From the IMG/VR virus record IMGVR_UViG_2526164665_000024: 15,682 nucleotides of DNA; one strand, 5' to 3'. The notes below the pieces were generated by a model. That model saw only the letters and a program-made list of their open reading frames with translations, was not told the origin of the DNA and made no database searches. The position numbers and the translations under genes are program-made. The number at the start of each line of letters is the position of its first letter. Positions within the stretch are counted from its first letter, which is position 1. Source of the stretch: a virus (taxonomy: Duplodnaviria; Heunggongvirae; Uroviricota; Caudoviricetes). Shown one piece after another: positions 1-7,608 of this stretch.

Positions 1-274
1 TGTCCCCCAGTTCGGCCATCATGGCTTTTGTCTGCTCGCGTAAATCACGCAGGTTACGGGCAATCAGCTCATTACGGGAGGCTTCCCGGCTGATGGCCGC
101 CGGTGAAAGCTGCTGCTCTTCCGGCAGGCCCGCCTCACGGATCAGACGGTTGATTTCCTCGCGTATCTGGACCTGCGTCAGACGTTTTTCACGCAGCATT
201 TCCAGCAGTGGCTTACGGATGCTGTCGGGGAGCAAATCCACCTTGCGCACGCGGCCACGCGTCGGCTTGTCCAT
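1..274 (-). CDS. Mu gp27-like DNA-binding protein (putative small terminase subunit); N-terminal 91 codons only, gene runs off window start
   Basis: Minus-strand ATG at 274-272 preceded by AAGGGGG RBS; frame open down to position 2; translation MDKPTRGRVRKVDLLPDSIRKPLLEMLREKRLTQVQIREEINRLIREAGLPEEQQ...; resembles Mu-like gp27 proteins from memory; sits downstream of the lysis cassette as in Mu. Plus-strand ORF 21..365 is its antisense shadow. Confidence 0.5.
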   Translation of the reverse strand, partial: MDKPTRGRVRKVDLLPDSIRKPLLEMLREKRLTQVQIREEINRLIREAGLPEEQQLSPAAISREASRNELIARNLRDLREQTKAMMAELGD

Positions 275-276
275 CG

Positions 277-567
277 TTACCCCCTTGCGCGTGGTTTCTT
301 CACACCCGGAACGCTGGCGCGGCCTTCCGCCACATCCTGCCCCCGGCCGGTCAGTTCCGCGATGAAATAACCGTTAATCAGAACGCGTTTGCGCACCAGT
401 CCCTGCTCGGCAAGCCAGGCAATGTGGGTGTGAACGGTGTCGCGGGACACGCGGTGGCCGTAATCATCCAGACAGTCCTGGAGCACGGATTCACCCAGTT
501 CACCGTTGTAATCTGCCAGCGACCGCAGAATGACCAGACGCTGATCTTCAGTAATGAAATCACTCAT
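277..567 (-). CDS. hypothetical phage protein (occupies Mu gp26-like position)
   Basis: 96-aa ORF; stop at 277-279 lies 2 nt from next start; no motif I can recognise. Confidence 0.45.
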   Translation of the reverse strand: MSDFITEDQRLVILRSLADYNGELGESVLQDCLDDYGHRVSRDTVHTHIAWLAEQGLVRKRVLINGYFIAELTGRGQDVAEGRASVPGVKKPRARG

Positions 568-871
568 TGCGTTTTTTCCTTACAGCCTGCTCCAGCAGCA
601 GTTCGTTCTGATAGGAGACAGAGCGGAGCGTGGCGTTCGTGGTTTTCAGTTCACCCCGCAGGGTCACGATTTCCACATTCAGACGGTTGACCTCGGCTTC
701 TGTCGGCAGTGACGACAGGCGGGTTTCCACCTTCTCAACGCGGTCGGAGAGTTTTTCAAAGGCCTCGCGGGGGACAAACGTTTTGCGCATCAGCGCCATG
801 AATATCCCGCCAGCGGTTGCCGTCGCCGAAAGGATCGGCACAACATAATCTTTAACGATGCTGACCCACAT
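560..871 (-). CDS. small membrane protein: N-terminal TM helix plus coiled-coil C-terminus (lysis-associated, possibly releasin-like)
   Basis: ATG 871-869 with GGAGG RBS 6 nt upstream; hydrophobic stretch VVPILSATATAGGIFMALM followed by charged heptad-like region; located in lysis cluster. Confidence 0.45.
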   Translation of the reverse strand: MWVSIVKDYVVPILSATATAGGIFMALMRKTFVPREAFEKLSDRVEKVETRLSSLPTEAEVNRLNVEIVTLRGELKTTNATLRSVSYQNELLLEQAVRKKRNE

Positions 872-1079
872 GACGGGCCTCCATGATGTTCTGGCAGTTC
901 ACACAACGGATGGCATCCGGCACAGCAACAAGACGCGCGGCGGGGATCTCTCCGCCACAGTCCGCGCAAATACGTCTACCCGGAGCATCCATTGCCCGGC
1001 GCTTACGTGTCAGCCGGTTACAAAGGGCGCGTTCTGATCCCCGCTCCATCACAGCCTGAGCACGATCTGAATCATCCAT
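852..1079 (-). CDS. TraR/DksA-family C4-type zinc-finger protein
   Basis: CxxC-x17-CxxC (CADCGGEIPAARLVAVPDAIRCVNC); ATG 1079-1077 with AAGGAAAAAGG RBS; the ORF-track extension to 1145 overlaps the spanin gene and lacks an RBS, so the shorter start is preferred. Confidence 0.65.
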   Translation of the reverse strand: MDDSDRAQAVMERGSERALCNRLTRKRRAMDAPGRRICADCGGEIPAARLVAVPDAIRCVNCQNIMEARHVGQHR

Positions 1080-1089
1080 ACCTTTTTCC

Positions 1090-1461
1090 TTACTTCGTCT
1101 TTCCTGCCGGAACAGCAGGCGTTCCGGCCATATCAGTAAATTCATGTTGTCGCCGCGCCTCCAGACGACGAATACTGGCCTTGTCCACGTTGCAGTTCTT
1201 GATCACCGCCAGCAGTTGCAGGTTGTAAGTGACCGATGCCCCAAACGTGAACGGCTCCGGCGCAGGAGGGACCAGGCAGTCAGCCAGCCATTCAGCGGGG
1301 ATCGGCACCGGCTTCACAGGCACGTATTTCACAGACGGCCCGGCGCACCCGATCAGCCACATCATCAGGAACAGGGGCAGAGGCCGCAGGCACTGCTGCC
1401 AGCGACCGGCGGACAACGCTCTGCTGCTCCTCGCTGTGCTGAATGTTCTGTTGCTTTTCAT
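1090..1461 (-). CDS. Rz1-like o-spanin lipoprotein candidate (start uncertain; could be as late as ATG 1365)
   Basis: Lipobox-like LIGC followed by Pro-rich segment CAGPSVKYVPVKPVPIPAEWLADCLVPPAPEPF; in alternate frame overlapping the 3' end of the Rz-like gene; N-terminal 97 aa of ORF 1090..1656 look like out-of-frame read-through. Confidence 0.35.
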   Translation of the reverse strand: MKSNRTFSTARSSRALSAGRWQQCLRPLPLFLMMWLIGCAGPSVKYVPVKPVPIPAEWLADCLVPPAPEPFTFGASVTYNLQLLAVIKNCNVDKASIRRLEARRQHEFTDMAGTPAVPAGKTK

Positions 1462-1792
1462 TCGTGGCCGCCTCACTGATTTGTGAAATGAGTTGCAGGG
1501 TGTGCTGCTGATTTGCCAGCACCTGACGCGCCTCATCCCGCTCACGTACAAGTACCTGATTATTGTCCTCAAGGCGCTGCGTCTTCTGGTGCATTCCCCA
1601 TATCGCAGCAACCAGTACAGCGATAATCCCCAGCGCCGCCATGCACGCCCCGGCAATCAGGGCCGGTAAGGCGTTATTCACCGCAGCCACAGGACACCCC
1701 GTAACAGCAGTACCGCACACAGCAGCGCTATCATGAGCGGTCGCCAGAAGCGGTTCAGACTTTCGGCAAGTCGTAGCGACATAACCATTCAT
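1292..1792 (-). CDS. Rz-like i-spanin candidate
   Basis: Hydrophobic N-terminal segment (ALPALIAGACMAALGIIAVLVAAIW) followed by Q/E-rich coiled coil; immediately downstream of endolysin. Start ambiguous: TTG 1813, ATG 1792 or ATG 1642. Confidence 0.4.
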   Translation of the reverse strand: MNGYVATTCRKSEPLLATAHDSAAVCGTAVTGCPVAAVNNALPALIAGACMAALGIIAVLVAAIWGMHQKTQRLEDNNQVLVRERDEARQVLANQQHTLQLISQISEAATNEKQQNIQHSEEQQSVVRRSLAAVPAASAPVPDDVADRVRRAVCEIRACEAGADPR

Positions 1793-2255
1793 CCGCCGAA
1801 CGGCGGGCCTCAAGGCCGGGAAGTTTCACCCCCTTTGAATAAATCCAGCGGATATACTGCTTACAGGACGCGGGCATCTGCCCGGCATTGATCAGGCGCA
1901 GAAGCGTGGAGTTGCGGAAGTTCGTTTCACCAGCCCAGAAGATCCCACGAAGCCAGCGCCACGTCTGACCACGGGTAAGCGGCACCTGAACACGCCGATC
2001 AATGGCCGCAAAGGCCCATTTCATGTCCTTTTCCAGCAGTTTCAGACATTCTTCATCCGTCAGGGTCATACCCGGTTTCACATCCGGGCCGGTATGGCCG
2101 TAACAGATGGTGGGTGTACCGGTGGGATCGATATACGTGGAGTTTTCTTTCCCTTCCCAGTAACCGGTGTAATGCGTGGCAATCGTGAACGTCCCGGCAC
2201 CGGCCAGAACAAGGGCAATCAGCTTTTTACGCAGTGGTGCGGGGAGTTTTGGCAT
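1755..2255 (-). CDS. lys: SAR endolysin, T4-lysozyme-like (GH24 family)
   Basis: N-terminal signal-anchor-release-like segment (KKLIALVLAGAGTFTIA) plus lysozyme catalytic signature EGKENSTYIDPTGTPTICYGHTG; ATG 2255-2253. Confidence 0.8.
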   Translation of the reverse strand: MPKLPAPLRKKLIALVLAGAGTFTIATHYTGYWEGKENSTYIDPTGTPTICYGHTGPDVKPGMTLTDEECLKLLEKDMKWAFAAIDRRVQVPLTRGQTWRWLRGIFWAGETNFRNSTLLRLINAGQMPASCKQYIRWIYSKGVKLPGLEARRSADEWLCRYDLPKV

Positions 2256-2256
2256 T

Positions 2257-2294
2257 GTTACGCTGTCTCATGATGTTCTCTGAGTCAGCGTAAC
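2257..2294 (-). promoter_or_regulatory. perfect 9-bp inverted repeat (GTTACGCTG / CAGCGTAAC, 20-nt spacer) ending 1 nt upstream of the lys start codon
   Basis: Read directly from sequence: arms at 2257-2265 and 2286-2294; lies between the corrected stop of the Mor/C-family gene (2327) and lys ATG (2255). Confidence 0.35.
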
Positions 2295-2326
2295 GGTGAA
2301 GGAAAGGCGGCAGGCTTTGCGGAATA

Positions 2327-2736
2327 TCAGAAAAGTGGCGGTTGCGTTCTTGCCAGATGCAGACGGCGCTGTTCACGTATGACGGTATAAATCTGGGTTT
2401 CTGACATCCGGTAATGTCGGCGAAGGGATTCAATTTTCTCGCCCCGGTCCCAGCGCGAAAATATCTCATTGTTTCGCAGCTCGGCAAAGAGAGATTCCCC
2501 GACCGGCAGGTAATAACCCCGTCCGCCCATATAGGCGGCCTGAGCCGCAGCCACCTTGCGTGCCAGTTTACCGGCCAGTACCGGCTCAATCCCCTGACGC
2601 TGAAGTTCTGCGCCGGTGACTTCAACCAGTTCTGACAGGGTCCGTGGCCAGTTCTTTTGAGAACATCATCAGGGATGTCATCAAGGCGGTCGATAAGGGC
2701 GTGCAGTTGCTCACTGTCACCACCAAACATGCTCAT
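2327..2736 (-). CDS. Mor/C-family transcriptional activator; frame broken by an apparent 1-nt deletion in the T4 run at 2655-2658
   Basis: N-terminal part in frame of ORF 2227..2736 (MSMFGGDSEQLHALIDRLDDIPDDVL); C-terminal part in frame of ORF 2327..2554 (LSELVEVTGAELQRQGIEPV...LFAELRNNEIFSRWDRGEKIESLRRHYRMSETQIYTVIREQRR), matching the Mor/C HTH pattern recalled from Mu Mor. Adding one A restores a ~136-aa protein. ORF-track tail 2227-2326 is read-through. Confidence 0.6.
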
Positions 2737-2820
2737 CTGAGTTTCTGCCGTATCAGCCTCCGGTTCTCGCGTTCCCGGTAAGTTTAAAATAAAAATCCCG
2801 CGTTGTGGCGGGATTTGGGG

Positions 2821-3353
2821 TTAACGGGGAAGTGATTTTTCATACTGCCTGCAAACGGCGTCATACCCCATCAGCGTGCGTTCGGGCATTCCCATCGCGG
2901 CCAGCATTTTGCGGCGGTGCCATCGCTTGAGACGCTCCAGCACATCTGAGGCCAGGGCGGGGTGTTGCTCCAGCCACTGCCAGTTTGCCACACCTTCGCC
3001 ACCGTTCTGCGCGGCCGTCTGCGATTTCACCCAGCGGTTAAGGGCGGTTTCCGCACCATCAGAGATAAAGCCCTGCCGGTGCATCACCCTCCAGATGGCA
3101 CGAATTTTGGCGGTCACCGTACCCGGTTTTAAGGCCTGGTTAACCGGCTTCTGGCGCACTTTAAAACCGCGTTTTTTGAAACATCCAGCACGCGGGATAA
3201 CTCATCCGGTGACATATCCCGGCAGCTGGTTTTGCCGGTGGCTGCCAGCAGCGCGGATGTATAAGTCTCATCATCCAGGGCAAGCTCGCGCTTTGCCACA
3301 TGAATGGCGGATATCAGTTTTCCTCTCATACCGTATTTACCTTTTACGGACAT
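2821..3353 (-). CDS. GemA-like protein (Mu gp16 family); frame broken by apparent 1-nt deletion in the T-run at 3172-3177
   Basis: KLISAIHVAKRELALDDETYTSALLAATGKTSCRDMSPDELSRVLD is the characteristic GemA-family N-terminal motif (memory); continuation FKKRGFKVRQKPV... is in the frame of ORF 2821..3159. Start ATG 3353 chosen for its AAAAGG RBS. Confidence 0.5.
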
Positions 3354-3370
3354 GGAAAGCCTTTTCTGCC

Positions 3371-3622
3371 TCATCCCACCGGGCATGGTGTGTTGGTGGA
3401 ATAAATCATTATGTGCCAGCCATCTCTGGTTGTTATTCGGCAGAAAAATTCACCGCTATATAACACAATGGCCTGCTGAATGAGCGCATCAGCCGCCCGT
3501 TCAACCGGATGTCTTTTATCAAAAAAGCAGATGATTTTTCGACATAACCACCGGGTAATAACAAATGCGCCGAAAAAGGATGTGATATATAAGCACCAGA
3601 ACAACAGAGAACTATTGTCCAT
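3371..3622 (-). CDS. small membrane protein, unknown function (AT-rich island gene 2)
   Basis: ATG 3622-3620 with AAGGAG RBS 7 nt upstream; N-terminal hydrophobic helix LLFWCLYITSFFGAFVITRWL; local GC clearly lower than flanking phage genes. Confidence 0.45.
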   Translation of the reverse strand: MDNSSLLFWCLYITSFFGAFVITRWLCRKIICFFDKRHPVERAADALIQQAIVLYSGEFFCRITTRDGWHIMIYSTNTPCPVG

Positions 3623-3809
3623 TATCTTTCTCCTTATTCACTCTTCTGCGGCATTCGGCACAGTCATCAGGGCTTTCAAATGTATCCGGCTCGCGATTAT
3701 GAGCCAGATATAACCACCGTCCACATATACTGATATTTTCGCCTGTTTTAAAAAAATGATGCTTCCTGGCCATTAGTGGCCGCGCCCATCCAGCGGGTAG
3801 ACTATTCAT
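3612..3809 (-). CDS. small Cys/His-containing protein, unknown function (AT-rich island gene 1)
   Basis: ATG 3809-3807 with GGAGGA RBS 7 nt upstream; C-x7-H ... C-x2-C spacing (ICGRWLYLAH...DDCAEC) could be a zinc ribbon; 11-nt overlap with the next gene, whose RBS it contains. Confidence 0.4.
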   Translation of the reverse strand: MNSLPAGWARPLMARKHHFFKTGENISICGRWLYLAHNREPDTFESPDDCAECRRRVNKEKDNGQ

Positions 3810-4134
3810 TTGCTTTATCCTCCATACTGGAGAGAATCATATGTATTAATGTCGGGCGTGGAGATATACGCATTTCATTAAGCGTCTGAAGGGCAGCAAC
3901 AGCTGCCTGTTTATCGGTGCCTTTGGCAACTTCAGCAAGAGAATGCACAATCCATAACGGGCTTAACGCTACGGCTGAATGCAGAATCATGTCATCCATA
4001 ATAATTTCTGGCATATCCCGTTTGTCACATTCTTTATCCATAAAAGAAACAATTTTTTCTGCATCTTCCGGTTTCATGCCTCCGGCGATGAGAATTTTAC
4101 GATATTCATAAGACGATCTTAATTCAATACTCAT
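3802..4134 (-). CDS. hypothetical protein (AT-rich island)
   Basis: 110-aa ORF; likely starts at second ATG (4134-4132) given AGGTG position; no recognised motif. Confidence 0.45.
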   Translation of the reverse strand: MSIELRSSYEYRKILIAGGMKPEDAEKIVSFMDKECDKRDMPEIIMDDMILHSAVALSPLWIVHSLAEVAKGTDKQAAVAALQTLNEMRISPRPTLIHMILSSMEDKANE

Positions 4135-4149
4135 CATTCACCTGCCTGT

Positions 4150-4518
4150 TTAATCAGTTTCCAGTGCTTTGCTACGGGCAACAGCCTCACACTCAAAAAA
4201 TACCGACTCCGGCACACGCTCCTTTAATTCACGAACAAGAAAATCATTAACGAGTTCATGACGTCTTATATTTCTTTCCTTTTCCTCCTGGCGCAATACA
4301 GCAAGGCGGTATTCAACAGTCCGGCGTTGTTTCTGAAAGACAGCCAGTGCTTTTCTGGCAGAGTTACGCCATGTATCATCGCCACAGGGTTCGTATTCAA
4401 GCTGAAATTTAATCTCTTCAATGGTTTCTTTTATTTTTGCCAGCAAGCTAAGACAGTCGCTGATTGTCTTCAGTTTTTCATTATCAATATAACTTCTCAC
4501 GCATTCACCTCCCGTCAT
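4150..4518 (-). CDS. hypothetical charged/helical protein (AT-rich island)
   Basis: ATG 4518-4516 overlaps the corrected stop of the upstream gene (ATGA coupling); ORF-track GTG start at 4542 is an alternative; K/E/R-rich helical-looking C-terminal half. Confidence 0.45.
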   Translation of the reverse strand: MTGGECVRSYIDNEKLKTISDCLSLLAKIKETIEEIKFQLEYEPCGDDTWRNSARKALAVFQKQRRTVEYRLAVLRQEEKERNIRRHELVNDFLVRELKERVPESVFFECEAVARSKALETD

Positions 4519-4825
4519 TCCGGTAAAGCTGAAATATGGCACCAGTGCGTCACCTGTCCGTCCTCATCTTCAAGGCAGGCTCCGGTTTCTTCATCAATAA
4601 AAAGCCTTCATACCCCATATGGCCGATGCGCAGTTCCTGTTGGTCACCATACTGAACAATCAGCACGACAGCCTCCATATCAGGCGGGAAAGCATCATTC
4701 AGTGAATGCCAGGGATAACCGCGCAAATCCCCGAAATAAACACCGGTCAGCGTTCCGCCACAGACCGGCATTCCGACGGCACACACAAGGGGTTCATCTG
4801 ATTCAACAAATAATGTCGTTATCAT
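4515..4825 (-). CDS. hypothetical protein; frame broken by apparent 1-nt deletion in A-run 4599-4603 (plus strand)
   Basis: ORF 4550..4825 ends with an implausible tail; shifting one frame gives an acidic C-terminus ...GFFIDEETGACLEDEDGQVTHWCHISALPE and an ATGA overlap with the next gene. Start ATG 4825 overlaps upstream stop. Confidence 0.4.
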
Positions 4826-5372
4826 GGCATTAATTCCCGTAATACAACATCTTCGGCAGTCCGACGACGGTGATAAATAAAACTCACCGTGCCCTCGGAT
4901 AATTCAAATTTCTCGCCGATTTCCCTAAAGGTAAGACGCCGTGGTGATTCAGCATCCCGTAATTCACGAATAAGACGAACATCATCGTCAGGTATGCGGG
5001 TGAAGGGCAGCAACTCTCCGTATTTTTCATGCTTACGCCAATATATCGCGCCCGATTGTGGACAGAATCCCGGTCTCGCCCCAGATATTCTCCTATTTGC
5101 TTACCGGTCATTGTTCTGGCATTTTTTCGGATAAATTTATCTTCATCAGGTTTAAATCTGAGGCGTTTGCATTTGAGCAACTCCGGGTAAGTACCGCGTA
5201 ATAAAACAATCCGGTTATGTACACCCCAGAAACTTCTTTTTATCCTGACAGCAATATCCTTAACCGGGGTGGATGGATAAAGCGCAATCAGCAGCGCATC
5301 TTCTTCAGGTGTCCATGCGCGAACATGAGCGGGTGCACGGCCTTTTCTCCCCATGGGTTGTAATATCATCAT
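4822..5372 (-). CDS. HTH DNA-binding protein with Mor/C-like C-terminal domain; frame broken at T-run 5023-5027 (plus strand)
   Basis: N-terminal part (ORF 4884..5372 frame) has two W/F-x-x-E/D-E-D repeats with HTH-like segments (WTPEEDALLIAL..., FKPDEDKFIRKNARTMTGKQIGEYLGRDRDSVHNRARYIGV); C-terminal part (ORF 4822..5013 frame) LIRELRDAESPRRLTFREIGEKFELSEGTVSFIYHRRR resembles Mor/C HTH. An A6 run would fuse them; otherwise two genes. Strong AGGGGGTGA RBS before ATG 5372. Confidence 0.45.
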
Positions 5373-5375
5373 GCA

Positions 5376-5891
5376 TCACCCCCTGACTCGCTTTTCAGCA
5401 GCATAAAACTCATCAGACAGAATTTCGGTCATTTTCTGTTTTGCGGGTTTTACGCCGCACTGAAGGTAAATCACATCGTCAACGCAGAACCACTCCACAG
5501 GGCCAAACAGGATTGCCGAGAAATCAATGCCCAGCCAGAACAACAGTGCATCGGTTCTGGCATACGTGACGGGCGAATATTCACGCCACAGACTGTTAAG
5601 TTCGTCAGAGGCAACGCGCAGGGCTTTGGGAATACGTGATGTGCGCGGTGTGCAGCTCCAGCCATTCGACGCAGTTGGTTTTCGCCATAAATCACGATGA
5701 AAAGGATATTTGTCCTCCGTAAAACGCAGTCCCTTAAAACAAAAACCACTGATACTGAATTCAAATACCGACCGGCACGCAACATTCAGCACGGCCTCAA
5801 GGCGTTTCGCCTCATCTTTTACCGTCTGGCAGTCCTGCTGGTATTTTTGCCACGCAGCCAGCGCGGAAGGGTTTGATGTTTTAAAGAACAT
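5376..5891 (-). CDS. hypothetical early-region protein (171 aa)
   Basis: ATG 5891 overlaps upstream stop (TAATG) with GGAGGTG RBS; no recognised motif. Confidence 0.5.
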   Translation of the reverse strand: MFFKTSNPSALAAWQKYQQDCQTVKDEAKRLEAVLNVACRSVFEFSISGFCFKGLRFTEDKYPFHRDLWRKPTASNGWSCTPRTSRIPKALRVASDELNSLWREYSPVTYARTDALLFWLGIDFSAILFGPVEWFCVDDVIYLQCGVKPAKQKMTEILSDEFYAAEKRVRG

Positions 5892-6424
5892 TACGCCACC
5901 TCCGCTGATATCCCGGCAGGCGCGGCCGTCCGGTCAACAATCAGGTAACGCAGAACGCGCGAGGTGATATTCCAGCCGCTTAAACCGCAGATAATGACGC
6001 CCAGGCGGATGTCGATATACGACATCACAAACTGGGGCACGCCTTCTTTCATGGCCTGCTCATCAACTTCAGCCACCACATAAACGGTTTCACAGGTCAG
6101 CACGCCCTGAGCAAATTCCCACGCCATCGACGGAATATCATGCCCTTCAATCCACGGCAGGGATTTTCTGAAGCTGCACCACTGAACATCATCAGCCGCA
6201 GACTCCTGGCTGCATTTGCGACGAACCGGCTGCACCGGGCGGGGACGCGGAATATCATAAAAACCGTTACATTCCGTCAGCACGCCTGCATCAACCGCAT
6301 CACGCAGAAAATAAACCATGGAGGATGGCGGCATATTCATTTTTTCAGCCAGAATACCGCAGGTCAGACGTCCGTAAATACGCAGCCAGTTTTTAACCCC
6401 TTCAAGCACTTTTGCATCAATCAT
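5891..6424 (-). CDS. hypothetical early-region protein (177 aa), possible N-terminal winged-helix
   Basis: ATG 6424 with GGAGGAA RBS; N-terminal segment GRLTCGILAEKMNMPPSSMVYFLRDAVDAGVLTE looks wHTH-like (weak inference). Confidence 0.5.
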   Translation of the reverse strand: MIDAKVLEGVKNWLRIYGRLTCGILAEKMNMPPSSMVYFLRDAVDAGVLTECNGFYDIPRPRPVQPVRRKCSQESAADDVQWCSFRKSLPWIEGHDIPSMAWEFAQGVLTCETVYVVAEVDEQAMKEGVPQFVMSYIDIRLGVIICGLSGWNITSRVLRYLIVDRTAAPAGISAEVA

Positions 6425-6427
6425 GAA

Positions 6428-6970
6428 TTATTCCTCCGTCAGCGCCACATATTCAGAATGTTTAATCTCCTGGCATTCTTCAGGAATACCCCCTTTTATT
6501 TCCCTGCCATAAGTTCCTACTTTAAACACCACGCACAGGGCATCACGGGAGAGTGACGGGGTCCACCAGGAGTCCGTGTTAAACATGGAGGGGATTCTCA
6601 TTACCCCCAGCTTTTCACAGAGCCAGACAAGGAAATCAGGACGCTTTCTTAACTCGCGTTCAGCGGCTTCAACCATTGCGGCAATCGCCGGACCTTCAGG
6701 GCATGACTCATCAGGTCTGGCAATAAAGCACGGTCCGCCCCCGATAAAAGCCACATCATCGCGCTTACGCCAGCCCGCAGGCAGAGAACCAGAAAAATAA
6801 AACTCACTGATTACGTCCATGGCGAACGGCTTTAAGCGCAATCCGGCAGCGCCTGTATTTTTCAGTAATGCCCGAAGAATACTGTTGCGTAGCGGTAAAA
6901 CATCCCGCTGATATTCGGTTAAATATTTATTTGTGTACACTATGTCTAATTTGAAATAAAAATATGCCAT
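6428..6970 (-). CDS. hypothetical early-region protein (180 aa)
   Basis: ATG 6970 with AAGGAA RBS; first gene after the gam-downstream intergenic gap; no recognised motif. Confidence 0.5.
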   Translation of the reverse strand: MAYFYFKLDIVYTNKYLTEYQRDVLPLRNSILRALLKNTGAAGLRLKPFAMDVISEFYFSGSLPAGWRKRDDVAFIGGGPCFIARPDESCPEGPAIAAMVEAAERELRKRPDFLVWLCEKLGVMRIPSMFNTDSWWTPSLSRDALCVVFKVGTYGREIKGGIPEECQEIKHSEYVALTEE

Positions 6971-7067
6971 GTTTCCGATTCCTTATTTTCAGCTTTCAGG
7001 CGCAGGCAGTCCCCTGACGCGAGCGCCATAATTAAAACGATGTGATATTTAAAGATTTAATGTGGTG

Positions 7068-7597
7068 TTATTTATTCAGTCCGGCGTCCTGTTCAAAAGG
7101 CTCGACATAAAAACTTTCAGCGCCTTTATTCACCTTTATACCGGCAATGCCTTTCACCGCATCCGGCTCCGCCAGGACGGCTTCCTTGTTCACTTCCTCT
7201 TTCGTGCGGATGAATCGCTCAAGCCCCATAAGGCGCAGCATTTCAATCACGCCTTCCACATCACGGCTGACGCTGCATGATGGATTTCCCAGCCGCCATG
7301 ACACCGTGCCGGTGGTCAGATTGGCAGTTTTTGTTTTGCCGCCGTTCGTCAGCTCATCTCGGTTGGTTTTGCACCAGTCCTGAATCCCCTTAAAAAGCAC
7401 TTTGATTTCTTTTTAAGGTTTTCAATTTGCGGCGTATAACGGGCGGTGATTTCTGCCACTTCATCATTCATCGCCGTTTCCAGCCGCAGCGCCTCTCGCT
7501 GAATATCGCCCAGGGTGCGGATATCGCGGCTGACCTCTTCGCGGGTCTGCGGTGCAGCCTCGGCTGCGGCCTTTAATTTTGTAACGCGTTTTGCCAT
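7068..7597 (-). CDS. gam: Gam, host-nuclease inhibitor (Ku-like DNA end-binding protein); frame broken by apparent 1-nt deletion in T5 run at 7410-7414
   Basis: N-terminal ORF 7349..7597 and C-terminal ORF 7068..7400 together align with Mu Gam as I recall it (ASRLETEMNDAIAEIT ... GWCEANRDELTNGGKVKTANL ... LERLGLQRFIRTKQEINKEA ... PFEQEAG). Restoring one A in CTTAAAAAG gives continuous ...IENLKKEIKVLFKGIQDWCKTNRDELTNGG. Confidence 0.85.
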
Positions 7598-7608
7598 TTT
7601 GTTTTTCC

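Noticed and set aside
21-690. Plus-strand ORFs 21..365 and 208..690 (and similar plus-strand ORFs such as 630..848, 992..1228, 1144..1479, 2876..3463, 4258..4833, 6140..6556, 10123..10554, 11474..11857)
   Set aside because: Each lies antisense to a minus-strand gene with family-level or RBS support; translations are Arg/Ser/Cys-rich low-complexity typical of shadow frames; none has a convincing RBS.
2227-2736. ORF 2227..2736 as a single 169-aa protein
   Set aside because: Only its first ~30 residues look protein-like; the remainder is read-through caused by the frameshift at 2655-2658, and the real C-terminus is in the frame of ORF 2327..2554.
5471-5785. Minus-strand ORF 5471..5785 (104 aa) nested inside the 5376..5891 gene
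   Set aside because: Alternate-frame ORF with Arg/Cys-rich junk composition and no RBS; the enclosing gene has coupling and RBS support.
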